A stretch of 64,000 bases of DNA from Pseudanabaena sp. Lineage in GTDB: Bacteria > Cyanobacteriota > Cyanobacteriia > Pseudanabaenales > Pseudanabaenaceae. Below the pieces are notes generated by a model, which saw only the letters and a list, made by a program, of their open reading frames with translations, was not told where the DNA came from and searched no databases. Positions 1 through 10,784 of the stretch are shown here, one piece after another; the first letter of the stretch is position 1, and every line of letters starts with the position of its first letter. The translations under genes and the position numbers were made by a program. The DNA lies in assembly GCA_044355035.1 (NCBI GenBank), contig JBIKYX010000003.1:10851-74850 (forward strand). Direction: 5' to 3'.

Positions 1-1203
1 ACTAATGAACATGTCGGTCAAGTAGTTTGGATTGGCAGCATTCTTTTAGTCGGGACTTCCTCAATTTTGGCGGCAGTAAATTTTATCGTCACCATTTGGT
101 CGATGCGGATGCCAGGCATGGATCTGTTCAGTATGCCGTTGTTTTGTTGGGCGATGATGGCGACCTCGGTTCTCGCACTGTTGGCAACACCTGTATTAGC
201 AGGTGCTATGGTGTTACTAGGTTTTGACTTACTAATCGGCACAAACTTTTTTAATCCCACGGGCGGCGGCGATCCCGTTGTCTATCAGCACTTATTCTGG
301 TTCTATTCCCACCCAGCCGTTTATGTGATGATTCTGCCTGTATTCGGGATTATCTCGGAAGTCATACCTCCCCATAGCCGTAAGCCAATTTTTGGTTATA
401 AGGCGATCGCCTATTCCAGCATGATGATTTGCGCTTTAGGCTTATTTGTGTGGGCGCACCATATGTTTACCAGTGGCACACCTGATTGGCTGCGCGTATT
501 CTTCATGGTCGCGACTTTACTTGTCGCCGTACCAACGGGGATCAAGGTATTTAGCTGGGTAGCGACACTCTGGGGCGGCAAATTACGCTTAGATAGTCCT
601 TTGCTATTTGCGATGGGCTTTATCTCCACCTTCTTGATTGGTGGCTTGAGCGGCGTAATGCTCGGCTCGGCTCCCATTGACATCCATGTTCACGATACTT
701 ATTTTGTCGTAGCTCACTTCCATTACGTCTTATTTGGTGGCAGCGTATTCGGCATTTATGCGGGGCTGTACCATTGGTTCCCGAAAATGACGGGGCGGAT
801 GTTGAATGAGTTTTGGGGTAAAGTGCATTTTGTCCTCACCTTTATCGGAATGCATTTAACTTTTGGACCGATGCATATTCTTGGTTTACAAGGTATGCCT
901 CGCCGTGTTGCTCAGTACGATCCCCAATTTGCACCGATTAATGTGATCTGCACCATTGGCGCTTTTGTGCTTGCCATTTCCACTGTTCCCTTTGTAATCA
1001 ATGCGGTCTACAGTTGGTTTAAGGGTGAACAAGCTCCCGATAATCCTTGGGATGCACTGACCCTAGAATGGACAACTTCTTCGCCACCAATTCCCCACAA
1101 CTGGGTTAATGATCCTGTCTTGTCTACAGGTCCCTATGACTACGGCGAAGAATATAGAGAAGCTCGCCAAGAAGCGGCGATCGCCTCTCAATCCGCAGCT
1201 TAA
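1..1203 (+). CDS. ctaD: Cytochrome c oxidase subunit I (5' end outside window)
   Basis: Frame open from base 1. Contains the heme-copper oxidase motifs WFYSHPAVY, WAHHMF and VVAHFHYV. Confidence 0.97.
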   Translation, partial: TNEHVGQVVWIGSILLVGTSSILAAVNFIVTIWSMRMPGMDLFSMPLFCWAMMATSVLALLATPVLAGAMVLLGFDLLIGTNFFNPTGGGDPVVYQHLFWFYSHPAVYVMILPVFGIISEVIPPHSRKPIFGYKAIAYSSMMICALGLFVWAHHMFTSGTPDWLRVFFMVATLLVAVPTGIKVFSWVATLWGGKLRLDSPLLFAMGFISTFLIGGLSGVMLGSAPIDIHVHDTYFVVAHFHYVLFGGSVFGIYAGLYHWFPKMTGRMLNEFWGKVHFVLTFIGMHLTFGPMHILGLQGMPRRVAQYDPQFAPINVICTIGAFVLAISTVPFVINAVYSWFKGEQAPDNPWDALTLEWTTSSPPIPHNWVNDPVLSTGPYDYGEEYREARQEAAIASQSAA

Positions 1204-1212
1204 TCTCTCTGG

Positions 1213-1335
1213 CTACGTTTGAAGGTTACGATCCCCCCCAGCCCCCCTTATAAAGGGGGGGAGAATTAATTCAATTTTCTTCTTCCCCCTTTACAAGGGG
1301 GATTGAGGGGGATCTCTTAGATGATTTGAACGTAG
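1213..1335. mobile_element. MITE/REP-like palindromic repeat, copy 1
   Basis: Ends CTACGTTTGAA...TTTGAACGTAG are imperfect inverted repeats. Two internal CCCCCTT(A/G)TAAAGGGGG-type hairpins. Near-identical copy at 49827-49946. Confidence 0.75.
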
Positions 1336-1391
1336 AAAATGATTCTTAAATGATGTCTTACATAACTATCCCTTTATCCAAACATTAATCT

Positions 1392-2018
1392 ATGCAAGGA
1401 TCGATCGCTCCAGTTACTGCTCCAACTGCCGAAGAAGCACTTCATGGTCATAGTACCGAATCAGCTCATACTGAACATCCAGACTTAAGGGTTTTCGGCT
1501 TAATTGTCTTCCTGATTTCTGAAGGAATGCTATTTTTCGGATTGTTTGCCGCTTATTTAACCTTTCGCTCCGTAGCTACAGCTTGGCCCCCAGAAGGTAC
1601 ACCCGAACTAGAATTGCTATTGCCAGGAATTAATACAATTATTCTCGTATCCAGTAGTTTTGTAATTCACCAAGCCGATGATGCGATCAAAGCCAACAAA
1701 GTTAAAGCCGCGCAATTATGGTTTCTCGCCACATTTGTCATGGGTGCGATCTTCATTGCGGGACAGATTTATGAATATCAGCATTTAGAATTCGGGTTAA
1801 CCACAAATCTCTTTGCTAGTACTTTCTATGTCTTAACTGGTTTTCATGGCTTACACGTCATTATCGGTCTGACTTTAATTGCCTCGGTGTTAGTGCGATC
1901 GCTTAAAGCGGGACATTACAGCAACACTAGTCACTTTGGCATCGAAGCCGCCTCAATCTACTGGCACTTTGTCGATATTGTTTGGATTGTCTTGTTTTTA
2001 CTTCTGTATATCCTATAA
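1392..2018 (+). CDS. ctaE: Cytochrome c oxidase subunit III
   Basis: Motifs FLISEGMLFFGLF, TGFHGLHV and YWHFVDIVW; directly follows subunit I. Confidence 0.96.
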   Translation: MQGSIAPVTAPTAEEALHGHSTESAHTEHPDLRVFGLIVFLISEGMLFFGLFAAYLTFRSVATAWPPEGTPELELLLPGINTIILVSSSFVIHQADDAIKANKVKAAQLWFLATFVMGAIFIAGQIYEYQHLEFGLTTNLFASTFYVLTGFHGLHVIIGLTLIASVLVRSLKAGHYSNTSHFGIEAASIYWHFVDIVWIVLFLLLYIL

Positions 2019-2063
2019 AAAAGGGACGACGCAATGCGCCGCCTCCTTTATTCAAAAGTATTC

Positions 2064-2104
2064 AAAAAAATAGTTGACTAGCAAAGCTAGTCAACTATTT
2101 TTTT
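2064..2104. terminator. Bidirectional intrinsic terminator
   Basis: Perfect hairpin AAAAAAATAGTTGACTAGC-AAA-GCTAGTCAACTATTTTTTT between convergent genes. Confidence 0.8.
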
Positions 2105-2106
2105 AG

Positions 2107-2775
2107 TTATTTTTCGATTTTAAAAGAAGTAATAAAGCGATCGACATCCGCCGTAGCGAATTTTTCTTTAGCCCCTAATACAAACACTTGATATAGTCGA
2201 TTGTCTGCTAGACAAAAACGACCTTTCATTGATACATCAGTTGCTTGCACCTTACCGCCAGCCTCAAAGTCACGACAAGGGACATCACCCAGCATATACT
2301 CTTTTTCTGACTTGATTTCACCCTTAAGATTAGATACAGAACCTTTGACCGAATCAGCTAACCCCTTTTGGATATCAGCAGGATCGGCGACTTTACTGGG
2401 AAAATCGGCATAGCCTACAAAATACCCCGAATCACTAGCCTCAGCAATCACCATATTCAGCTTGATCGTTCCCACATCAGTAGTTTGGTCTTGGGACTGT
2501 TCCTGTGGTTTACTAGGCACTTGAATTGTAAATTTCCCTGCTGCCGATTTGTACTCTTGCCAGCTTGCGGCACTATCCGTTGGTGTTTTTTCGTCCGACT
2601 TGGTTGTACTTGCAGGCGATGCTGATGGTTTTTCGGATGCTGTTGCAGTCGGTGATGCAGCCGTGGTAGGCGTAGATGGTTTATCTGCTGGCTTTTCAGT
2701 TATAGGTGCAGATGGGGTGCAGGCAGTGACTGCAAGTAAGGCTAAACCAGCCGCAAGGGAAATATACTTTTTCAT
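2107..2775 (-). CDS. Putative lipoprotein with Pro/Thr/Ala-rich linker
   Basis: ATG at 2775 gives MKKYISLAAGLALLAVTA-C (signal peptide plus lipobox), then a low-complexity linker and a globular C-terminal domain. Confidence 0.75.
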   Translation of the reverse strand: MKKYISLAAGLALLAVTACTPSAPITEKPADKPSTPTTAASPTATASEKPSASPASTTKSDEKTPTDSAASWQEYKSAAGKFTIQVPSKPQEQSQDQTTDVGTIKLNMVIAEASDSGYFVGYADFPSKVADPADIQKGLADSVKGSVSNLKGEIKSEKEYMLGDVPCRDFEAGGKVQATDVSMKGRFCLADNRLYQVFVLGAKEKFATADVDRFITSFKIEK

Positions 2776-2964
2776 TTCTATTTCTAAGATATGAGTTTCG
2801 GTTAAACGATAAGCATGAAGCTTGATAGCTACTATAGCAATCACTAGCTAAATTACAAAACAAAACTACAACACAAAACTACGGCACAAAACATAGATAG
2901 GTAAACAAGACTGTATGGCTGTGGGGTATGATGCTGTGAATGCGTTTAGGTTAAATAAAAGTCC

Positions 2965-4239
2965 GTGTTAGACATTAAGCTCTTGCGATCGCAACCCGAA
3001 CAGGTGCAAGCTCGCCTCAACAATCGTGGCAAAGGTTACGACATTACTAGACTGGTTGAACTAGAACAGGAAGTGCGAGTATTAGAGACACAGCGATCTC
3101 ATTTGCAAGCCGAGAGCAACGATATCGGGAAGCAAGTTGGCATCAAAATTAAGTCAGGAGCGCCCGAAGCTGAAATTCAAGCACTAAAAGCGCGGTCGCC
3201 TGAAATCAAAGAGTTGCTGGCAGAACTGGAACCAAGGGAAAAAGCCCTGCGGGAAGAAAGCAATCAGATTTTGATGACGCTGCCGAACTTGCCCAGTGAA
3301 ACTACGCCAATTGGGGCAAATGAAACTGAAAATGTGGAAGTACGACGTTGGGGCGATGAATACAAAACGACGCGCACTGATGTCCCCCCTCATTGGGAAA
3401 TAGGCGAAAAATTAGGAATTCTCAACTTTGAACGTGCTGTCAAAATATCTCAAGCTCGTTTTGTAAATCTGATTGGCGCGGGAGCGGCTCTCGAACGCGC
3501 TTTAATTCAGTTTATGCTGAATACCCACACCGCTAATGGTTATATCGAAGTAGCACCACCGCTTTTAGTTAATACTGACAGCATGACAGGCACGGGGCAG
3601 CTACCAAAGTTTGCCGATGATTTATTCAAATGTGCGGAAGACGATCTCTGGCTGATTCCTACGGCGGAGGTTCCTGTTACCAATCTGTACCGTGATGAAA
3701 CCATTGATGCGGAAACCTTGCCGATTCATCACTGTGCCTATACACCCTGTTTTCGTCGTGAAGCAGGTAGTTATGGTCGGGATACCAGAGGCTTGATCCG
3801 TTTGCATCAGTTCAATAAAGTCGAACTAGTCAAATTTGTCCTTCCTGAAAATTCCGCAGAAGAACATGAGAAATTAGTGCGCGATGCTGAATCAATTTTG
3901 CAAGCTTTGAAATTACCCTATCGCGTTGTCGAGCTTTGCACTGGTGATATTGGTTTCAGTGCTGCAAAATGCTACGACCTTGAAGTATGGCTTCCCAGCG
4001 CCAATACCTATCGCGAAATTTCTAGCTGTTCTAATTTCCATGATTTTCAAGCCAGACGCGCCAATATTCGCTTTAAGAGCAGGGGCAAAAAGGGAACTGA
4101 ATTTTTGCATACTCTCAACGGTTCGGGCTTAGCGGTTGGACGCACAATGACGGCGATTCTTGAAAATTATCAGCAACCTGACGGACGAGTTCTCATTCCT
4201 GAGGTGTTACAACCTATACTCAACAGAGAATATCTCTAA
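2965..4239 (+). CDS. serS: Serine--tRNA ligase
   Basis: N-terminal coiled coil; class II motifs [29 protein letters not shown] and [11 protein letters not shown]. Confidence 0.98.
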   Translation: MLDIKLLRSQPEQVQARLNNRGKGYDITRLVELEQEVRVLETQRSHLQAESNDIGKQVGIKIKSGAPEAEIQALKARSPEIKELLAELEPREKALREESNQILMTLPNLPSETTPIGANETENVEVRRWGDEYKTTRTDVPPHWEIGEKLGILNFERAVKISQARFVNLIGAGAALERALIQFMLNTHTANGYIEVAPPLLVNTDSMTGTGQLPKFADDLFKCAEDDLWLIPTAEVPVTNLYRDETIDAETLPIHHCAYTPCFRREAGSYGRDTRGLIRLHQFNKVELVKFVLPENSAEEHEKLVRDAESILQALKLPYRVVELCTGDIGFSAAKCYDLEVWLPSANTYREISSCSNFHDFQARRANIRFKSRGKKGTEFLHTLNGSGLAVGRTMTAILENYQQPDGRVLIPEVLQPILNREYL

Positions 4240-4251
4240 GAAACCATTTAA

Positions 4252-4401
4252 GAATTGGCTGATTCCTATCGAGTGGCTTTGTCTGGTGCGGCGGCTGATG
4301 CTTTTGGAGGCTGCTATACAGTCAGTCAAATAGCGGCGATGGTCGATCGCACTACGATTATTGATGAAGCGATCGCTTTAATCTTGAATCAAATAAGTTG
4401 A
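4252..4401 (+). pseudogene. C-terminal remnant of a DUF29-like gene
   Basis: No start codon; frame reads ELADSYRVALSGAAADAFGGCYTVSQIAAMVDRTTIIDEAIALILNQIS*, which resembles the C-terminus of a cyanobacterial DUF29 subfamily as I recall it. Confidence 0.45.
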
Positions 4402-4410
4402 TACCATTAG

Positions 4411-4767
4411 TTACAGTTCTAAATACCTAAGTAAAATCTGCTGAATTTCTTGCAATTGATATGCTTCTACTTGACCAAGGTATTGAATTAATCTGCGTTT
4501 ATCAAAAGTCATAGGATCGACACACACCACAAAACTATTGCTGCTAAGTCCATTCATACGGGAAGGCATCAAAGGAACGACCACTGGCAGCAAGCGATCG
4601 CTGGGATTAGCAGAAGTAATCGGGATTACAGTTACCTTACTACGCTGATTAAAACTAGTTCCAGAGACGATCAAAGCAGGACGAGTCTTGCGAATCTCTG
4701 TGCCAATCGAAGGATCGAAACTCACTAACCAGATACTTCCCAGTCGATAATCGCCGCTTGCTGCCAT
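4411..4767 (-). CDS. PemK/MazF family toxin
   Basis: Motifs IWLVSFDPSIGTEIRKTRPALIVS and VTVIPITS. Confidence 0.92.
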   Translation of the reverse strand: MAASGDYRLGSIWLVSFDPSIGTEIRKTRPALIVSGTSFNQRSKVTVIPITSANPSDRLLPVVVPLMPSRMNGLSSNSFVVCVDPMTFDKRRLIQYLGQVEAYQLQEIQQILLRYLEL

Positions 4768-4949
4768 GCCTGCTCCTGATCATTGAATCCATCTAATTCA
4801 TCCAGCAATAAACAAGCCTCAACCATAGCCTTATTTTCTTGCTGTTTGCGCCATTCTTGTAGTAAGCGCTCAACAAGCCGACTGCGGTTATCAACGCGAG
4901 CATCTAGGTATCGGACTAACTCTTCTGGAAGAGAAATAGATACTTTCAT
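4725..4949 (-). CDS. Ribbon-helix-helix (CopG-like) antitoxin
   Basis: N-terminus MKVSISLPEELVRYLD...NRSRLVE; upstream of and overlapping the toxin by 43 nt. Confidence 0.85.
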   Translation of the reverse strand: MKVSISLPEELVRYLDARVDNRSRLVERLLQEWRKQQENKAMVEACLLLDELDGFNDQEQAWQQAAIIDWEVSG

Positions 4950-5073
4950 AAATACTTTATACTACTTATAATACTACTCATGGTAGCATATCCCATGAAA
5001 ATCATTCATTTTTGGTTAGGCATTCCTAAAAATTGGCGAATAGTGATTACCAAACTTAGCGCGAGGCGCAATC

Positions 5074-5757
5074 ATGGCTACGATTCACCGACTACATCCT
5101 GATAATCCTCAACCACGCACGATCGCCCAAATCATCACAGCCCTGCGTGGCGGCGCGATCATGCTCTATCCCACCGATACTGTCTATGCGATCGGCTGTG
5201 ATCTCATGTCCAAGTCAGCGATCGAGCGCGTGCGTAAACTCAAGCAAATGTCGAACGATAAACCGCTCACCTTTTTATGTTCTTCTTTGTCCAATATTTC
5301 CGAATATGCAAATGTTTCGGATGTTAACTATCGCACCATGCGAAGTCTGGTTCCAGGTCCTTTCACATTCATTTTGCCAGCCACTAAGCTTGTACCAAAA
5401 TTGGTATTAAATCCCAAACGCAAAACCACAGGAATTCGAGTTCCCAAACACCTAGTCTCACAGGCGATCGTTGAGGCTTTGGGTAATCCAATTATTTCTA
5501 CATCAGCAAATTTGCAAGAAGATAATCTAGAAGAGCAAGATTTTGGCGATTTAGATAAAAACAGCAAACATCGCGATGTTGATAATTTGCCAAAAATGGA
5601 ATTGTTTGATTACTTTGACAGATTAGTTGATTTAATTGTTGATGATGGTTCAGAATGTGGTCACGAAGTTTCGACTATTCTGGACTTGACAAATGACTTG
5701 CAACCGCAGATTTTGCGTCAAGGATTAGGACAAGTGCCACATTTAGCAAAGGGTTAA
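5074..5757 (+). CDS. Sua5/YciO/YrdC family protein (YciO-like)
   Basis: Motifs YPTDTVYAIGC, PGPFTFIL, GIRVP and STSAN. Confidence 0.9.
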   Translation: MATIHRLHPDNPQPRTIAQIITALRGGAIMLYPTDTVYAIGCDLMSKSAIERVRKLKQMSNDKPLTFLCSSLSNISEYANVSDVNYRTMRSLVPGPFTFILPATKLVPKLVLNPKRKTTGIRVPKHLVSQAIVEALGNPIISTSANLQEDNLEEQDFGDLDKNSKHRDVDNLPKMELFDYFDRLVDLIVDDGSECGHEVSTILDLTNDLQPQILRQGLGQVPHLAKG

Positions 5758-5763
5758 ACCAAT

Positions 5764-6171
5764 ATGTATATGTTACGCAGATTTCCGATATTGTCGCTAA
5801 CCGTTATTTTGCTCGGTTATATCGCCTATGGATGGTTACTATCTATTCATAGAGCTAATTGGATGGTATGGATTCCCACTGGCGCGATCGCTTTTGGTGT
5901 GGATTGGATCTTTTCGGTAGGATGGGCGATCGCGGCGATCGCATTTGTATTTTATAACAAAGCTCAGTTTGGCTTATCGTTAGGAATAAGTATTGTCTGG
6001 GTGATGTTGATGTATGTCGCAAGAAACGAACTCCGCTCATATTTGTTACACAATCGCACCTTGAGTTTTTTTATTCTTGCGGCGATCGCAGGAGCAGGGC
6101 TAGGCTTGGGATGGTTTACGGACACATTACCCGCGATTCGCACCTTTGGAGATTCATTGCTCAAATTATGA
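5764..6171 (+). CDS. Hypothetical membrane protein
   Basis: 135 aa, several hydrophobic helices, tightly packed between neighbours. Confidence 0.7.
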   Translation: MYMLRRFPILSLTVILLGYIAYGWLLSIHRANWMVWIPTGAIAFGVDWIFSVGWAIAAIAFVFYNKAQFGLSLGISIVWVMLMYVARNELRSYLLHNRTLSFFILAAIAGAGLGLGWFTDTLPAIRTFGDSLLKL

Positions 6172-8169
6172 TTTACCGATGAGGCGATCGCGTAGTAACT
6201 TAATTTTGTCGCGCAAAGCCGCAGCTTGCTCAAACTCTTGTTTCTTAGCAGCATCTTTCATTTCTTTTTCCAACTCTCCAATTAACGTGGGAATATCATC
6301 AAGGGGAATCTCCTTGGCATTGTTCACGACATATTCAAGCTGGCGTTCGTTGAGACGGCGTGATACTGAGAGAAAGTCCAAGATCGAATTACCTTCAATA
6401 GATTTGACAATTGAAGTTGGGGTGATCTGATTATCTTGGTTATACTTGGTTTGAATACGGCGGCGGCGCTCGGTTTCAGTGATTGCCTTTTCCATGCTGT
6501 TAGTCATGCGATCGGCATACATGATCACCTGTCCAGCTATATTTCGGGCGGCTCTACCGATAGTCTGAATCAGCGATCGCTCAGCCCTTAAAAATCCTTC
6601 TTTATCTGCATCGAGAATTGCCACAAGGGAAACTTCAGGTAAATCTAAACCTTCCCGCAGTAAATTTACACCGATCAATACATCAAAAGTCCCACGCCGC
6701 AGATCTTGAAGAATTTCAATTCGTTCAATCGATTTAATGTCAGAATGGAGATAGCGGACCGCCACATTCCGTTCTTGAAAATAAGTAGTCAAATCCTCTG
6801 CCATTTTCTTAGTCAGGGTTGTGATTAATACCCGTTCTTTCTGCTTCACTCGCAATTGAATCTCATGATAGAGATCATCAACCTGCCCCTCAGTGGGACG
6901 CACAAAGATCTCTGGATCGACTACACCTGTAGGTCTGATAATCTGTTCAACCACCTGCTCGGAAACTTCCATTTCCCAATCCCCAGGAGTTGCAGAGACA
7001 AAAATACATTGCTTCACCATTTCCCAGAATTCATCAGCCTTGAGCGGTCGATTGTCGGCAGCACTGGGTAAACGGAATCCATGATCGATTAATGTCATCT
7101 TACGAGCGCGATCGCCATTGTACATTCCCCTAATTTGCGGTATGGAAACATGGGACTCATCGACTATTAACAACCAATCATCCTTGGGGAAATAATCTAC
7201 CAAACAGGCTGGAGACTCTCCTGCTTCTCGCCCTGCTAAATGCCGCGAATAGTTCTCTACACCATTACAGAAACCAACTTCTTGCAACAGTTCCAAATCG
7301 TACTTAGTCCTCTGTTCTAGACGTTGAGCCTCAAGTAACTTTCCTGCCTTGGTTAATTCTTCTAACCGCTCTTCTAATTCTTGTTTAATATCGGCACAGG
7401 CAATTTCTAAGCGATCGGTTGGTGTGACAAAGTGCCTTGCTGGATAGATATTCAGGGCATCTAACTTTTGTAAAGTTTCACCTGTGACGGGATCGACATA
7501 ACTAATTGCTTCTATTTCATCGCCAAAAAATTCCACACGAATTGTGCGATCTTCATAGGCGGGACCAATTTCTAAAATGTCGCCCTTAACGCGAAACTTA
7601 CCGCGTCCCATTTCAATATCGTTACGCTCGTACTGAACATTGGTTAACGCTTTTAATAGTTCTCTTTGGTCATATTCCACACCTACTGCTAGGGGAATCG
7701 AAGCTTTGAGATATTCTTCTGGAATTCCTAAACCATAGATACAGCTTACAGACGCGACGACAATGACATCTTTGCGCTCGAATAGCGATCGCGTGGCTGA
7801 GTGGCGCAACATATCGATTTCATCATTAATCGAGGCGGTTTTCTCAATATAAGTATCGGTAACGGGAATATAGGCTTCTGGCTGATAGTAATCGTAATAG
7901 CTAATGAAATATTCAACGGCGTTATTGGGAAAGAATTCTCGCAATTCGTTACATAGCTGCGCCGCTAAGGTTTTGTTATGGGCAAGCACTAACGTGGGCT
8001 TTTGGTATTGGGCGATCGCATTGGCGACAGTCATGGTTTTACCAGTCCCTGTTGCACCTAAGAGGGTTTGATAACGCAGTCCTTTATTTAATCCATCGAA
8101 TAATTTGGCGATCGCTTTCGGTTGATCGGCGGTGGGTTGCCAAGGGGTTTGGATATCAAACAGGGGCAT
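6166..8169 (-). CDS. uvrB: Excinuclease ABC subunit B
   Basis: Motifs [18 protein letters not shown] and VDESH, with a C-terminal UVR domain; start placed at the ATG of MPLFDI. Confidence 0.98.
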   Translation of the reverse strand: MPLFDIQTPWQPTADQPKAIAKLFDGLNKGLRYQTLLGATGTGKTMTVANAIAQYQKPTLVLAHNKTLAAQLCNELREFFPNNAVEYFISYYDYYQPEAYIPVTDTYIEKTASINDEIDMLRHSATRSLFERKDVIVVASVSCIYGLGIPEEYLKASIPLAVGVEYDQRELLKALTNVQYERNDIEMGRGKFRVKGDILEIGPAYEDRTIRVEFFGDEIEAISYVDPVTGETLQKLDALNIYPARHFVTPTDRLEIACADIKQELEERLEELTKAGKLLEAQRLEQRTKYDLELLQEVGFCNGVENYSRHLAGREAGESPACLVDYFPKDDWLLIVDESHVSIPQIRGMYNGDRARKMTLIDHGFRLPSAADNRPLKADEFWEMVKQCIFVSATPGDWEMEVSEQVVEQIIRPTGVVDPEIFVRPTEGQVDDLYHEIQLRVKQKERVLITTLTKKMAEDLTTYFQERNVAVRYLHSDIKSIERIEILQDLRRGTFDVLIGVNLLREGLDLPEVSLVAILDADKEGFLRAERSLIQTIGRAARNIAGQVIMYADRMTNSMEKAITETERRRRIQTKYNQDNQITPTSIVKSIEGNSILDFLSVSRRLNERQLEYVVNNAKEIPLDDIPTLIGELEKEMKDAAKKQEFEQAAALRDKIKLLRDRLIGKS

Positions 8170-8225
8170 GGGTTTAAAACTTAGGTAGTAAGGTTTTTGG
8201 GAAAGCAAGTTCTATTGTAGCCCAA

Positions 8226-9581
8226 TTAAATTAGCCCTAAAGCCGCTAACTGAGCTTGCGCTTTTTGCAAAGATTCTCGCCACTCGCGATCGCTAATACT
8301 ATCAGCAACAATTCCTGCGCCCACCTGTCCCCAAATGTGATCATCGGTTTTGAGAAGGGTGCGAATGAGAATATTGAGATCCATATTGCCGCGCCTATCG
8401 ATATAGCCACAGGAACCATAAAATAAACTACGGCGTTGGGGTTCTAACTTTTCCACAATTTCCATACAGCGCACTTTCGGACAGCCAGTAATTGTTCCCC
8501 CAGGGAAGGTAGCGCGAATCAAATCAACTAGGGTGCGATCGCTGCGTAATGTGCCGATGACGTTACTCACCAGATGCATCACATGGCTATAACGCTCAAT
8601 TACCAATAATTCATCGACTTTCACGGTTCCCCATTCACAAACCCGCCCCAGATCGTTCCGTTCTAAATCCACAAGCATGATATGTTCGGCTTGTTCTTTC
8701 GTACAGGCGAGTAATTCCTGCTCAAATGCTTGATCTTCTGGTTCAGTTTTACCGCGTGGTCTTGTACCTGCGATCGGACGAGTTTCGATATGGCGATCGC
8801 GCAGACTAACGAGACGCTCAGGAGAGACGCTAATCACTTCACCCCAAGTTGTGCGCCAGTAACTCGCAAAGGGTGATGGATTAATTTTTTGTAAATGTTT
8901 ATATAATTGCCATCCATCTGCATCCCAAGGATAACCAAACCGCATCGAGAGATTCGCCTGAAAAATATCACCCTCATAAATATGTTTTTTCGCGGTTTCC
9001 ACCATTGCTTCGTAGCCTTGCTGCTCTGGTGAATAGGTTGGAGCAGATTGGGAATCACTACGGTTATGAAAGGCAAGGGGCTTAAGCCCCTTGCTCAGGA
9101 AAATGTTGAGCTGATCGCTTAATTCCTGAAGTTCATGGCGATCGCTGGCGGCTAGCCAGACCTCTTGAGTTTGATGATCAAGTACGGCAAAACTTGACGG
9201 CTCATACCAGAAGGCAACAGGGAAGGGCAAATTATCAGGTTTGGTATAGGGCAGGCGCTCAATTTCCCATGCAAGGTCATAGCCAAACCATCCCAAATAA
9301 CCACCTGTGAAGGGCAAATGCGCGGGTAAATCTTGATTGTTGGTAATAGATAGCATTTGCGATCGCAAATTTTCCAAACAAGAAAAAATACCGCCCACCG
9401 CAGGAGTCCAAATCTGGCGCGGCTTACCTGCGGCGATCGAATAACGTGCTAATTTTGAGGGCATGATGGCTGGGCTTTCGAGTAGAACCGCAACTGGCTC
9501 ATCAGCATAGAGACATTCCCACAGATCCGCCCCTGTCATGTTGATCGGTAGCGATCGCTGAAGCCACAACCAATTAAGCAT
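8226..9581 (-). CDS. pabB: Chorismate-binding enzyme, aminodeoxychorismate synthase component I / anthranilate synthase I family
   Basis: Motifs GDIFQANLS, SPERL, PIAGTRPRG, EHIMLVDLERNDLGR and FPGGTITGCPK. The PabB versus TrpE assignment is inferred. Confidence 0.75.
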   Translation of the reverse strand: MLNWLWLQRSLPINMTGADLWECLYADEPVAVLLESPAIMPSKLARYSIAAGKPRQIWTPAVGGIFSCLENLRSQMLSITNNQDLPAHLPFTGGYLGWFGYDLAWEIERLPYTKPDNLPFPVAFWYEPSSFAVLDHQTQEVWLAASDRHELQELSDQLNIFLSKGLKPLAFHNRSDSQSAPTYSPEQQGYEAMVETAKKHIYEGDIFQANLSMRFGYPWDADGWQLYKHLQKINPSPFASYWRTTWGEVISVSPERLVSLRDRHIETRPIAGTRPRGKTEPEDQAFEQELLACTKEQAEHIMLVDLERNDLGRVCEWGTVKVDELLVIERYSHVMHLVSNVIGTLRSDRTLVDLIRATFPGGTITGCPKVRCMEIVEKLEPQRRSLFYGSCGYIDRRGNMDLNILIRTLLKTDDHIWGQVGAGIVADSISDREWRESLQKAQAQLAALGLI

Positions 9582-9660
9582 AGAAAGATTAAATAATTCT
9601 GTACGGTCTTATTATCCGTCTTATTATAGAGTTGTCGCACTTTTAGCTATAAGCCGCAGT

Positions 9661-9852
9661 ATGAATCGCAGTGTATTTATCGGAATTATGATCATTCTTG
9701 GGCTAATGGTACTAGCGAGTTCATTGCCTAACAGATTTTATGGTGCAAGCGATCGCAAATTTATCATTATTACCATTGCTACCTGTATTGTCTCAGCGAT
9801 CGGCTTAGTTGCCTTTTTTAGTATTCCACTATTAACAGGAAATACATTTTAG
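9661..9852 (+). CDS. Small two-helix membrane protein
   Basis: 63 aa, two hydrophobic segments, followed by a hairpin. Confidence 0.5.
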   Translation: MNRSVFIGIMIILGLMVLASSLPNRFYGASDRKFIIITIATCIVSAIGLVAFFSIPLLTGNTF

Positions 9853-9873
9853 AGAGGGCGCAAAGCGCCCTCT
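9853..9873. terminator. GCGC-NNN-GCGC hairpin (terminator/REP-like)
   Basis: AGAGGGCGC-AAA-GCGCCCTCT between convergent genes. Confidence 0.65.
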
Positions 9874-9883
9874 TTAAAAAAGT

Positions 9884-10252
9884 TTAATATTTTGCCATAT
9901 TTGGCTCGATCGCATAGGCATAGGCATCGATCCCACCGCCAATATTTTTAACATTGGTAAATCCTTGATTAACCAACCACTGGCACATTTGTCCAGAACG
10001 CATTCCATGATGGCATAGCACCAAGGTTTCCACATGGGGATCAAACTTGGTGTGAAAATCCACGCCCCATTGGTCATACTCACTCAAAGGCAAGATCTCA
10101 AAGCCCTCAATCGCGGCAATTTCGACTTCATCCCGTTCGCGGACATCAATCAGTTGTAAATCTTGGCGTTGTAAATTTGCGATTTGTGAATCTTGGCGTG
10201 AACTCGCTAAACGTTCGGCGAGTTCTTGGACAGTAATTTGTATGATAGACAT
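9884..10252 (-). CDS. Rhodanese-like domain protein
   Basis: Motifs LIDVRE, LCHHGMRS and NIGGGIDAY. Confidence 0.92.
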   Translation of the reverse strand: MSIIQITVQELAERLASSRQDSQIANLQRQDLQLIDVRERDEVEIAAIEGFEILPLSEYDQWGVDFHTKFDPHVETLVLCHHGMRSGQMCQWLVNQGFTNVKNIGGGIDAYAYAIEPNMAKY

Positions 10253-10316
10253 GGGTACGGAATATCTCTATGGTATGCGTAAAACCTATCACAAACCCTT
10301 AATCCCGACCAGATCA

Positions 10317-10784
10317 ATGAGCCAGCCCATCGAAGAACTATTACGAGATCTCAAAAGTGAGAGTGAATATATTCGCGATCGCGCCACGGACGGGCTGTGG
10401 GAAATGTGGTTTATGCAAAAGGGAATGCAGGGTTTACAGGTTTTGCGTCAAAGCCAAATGATGGCGGATAGTGGCAACGTGCGTCAGGCTGAACTCCTCC
10501 TGACACAAGTGATTCATGCTCAGCCCGATTTTGTGGAGGCTTGGAATCGCCGCGCTGTCTTGTTTTATATGCAGGGTGATTACAAGCGATCGATCAAAGA
10601 TTGTCAAAAGGCGATCGCTCTGAATCCCTATCATTTTGGAGCGGTACATGGCTTGGGTTTAGGATATGCAGCGATCGGTAATTATCGTGAGGCGATCGCC
10701 GCTTTTCGGATGGCGCTGGAAATCCAACCCTATTCGCTCACCAATCAAAAATTAATTCTGGAATGTACGGCATTGCTTAATTAA
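10317..10784 (+). CDS. Tetratricopeptide repeat protein
   Basis: TPR signatures PDFVEAWNRRA and PYHFGAVHGLG; start placed at MSQPIEE. Confidence 0.88.
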   Translation: MSQPIEELLRDLKSESEYIRDRATDGLWEMWFMQKGMQGLQVLRQSQMMADSGNVRQAELLLTQVIHAQPDFVEAWNRRAVLFYMQGDYKRSIKDCQKAIALNPYHFGAVHGLGLGYAAIGNYREAIAAFRMALEIQPYSLTNQKLILECTALLN

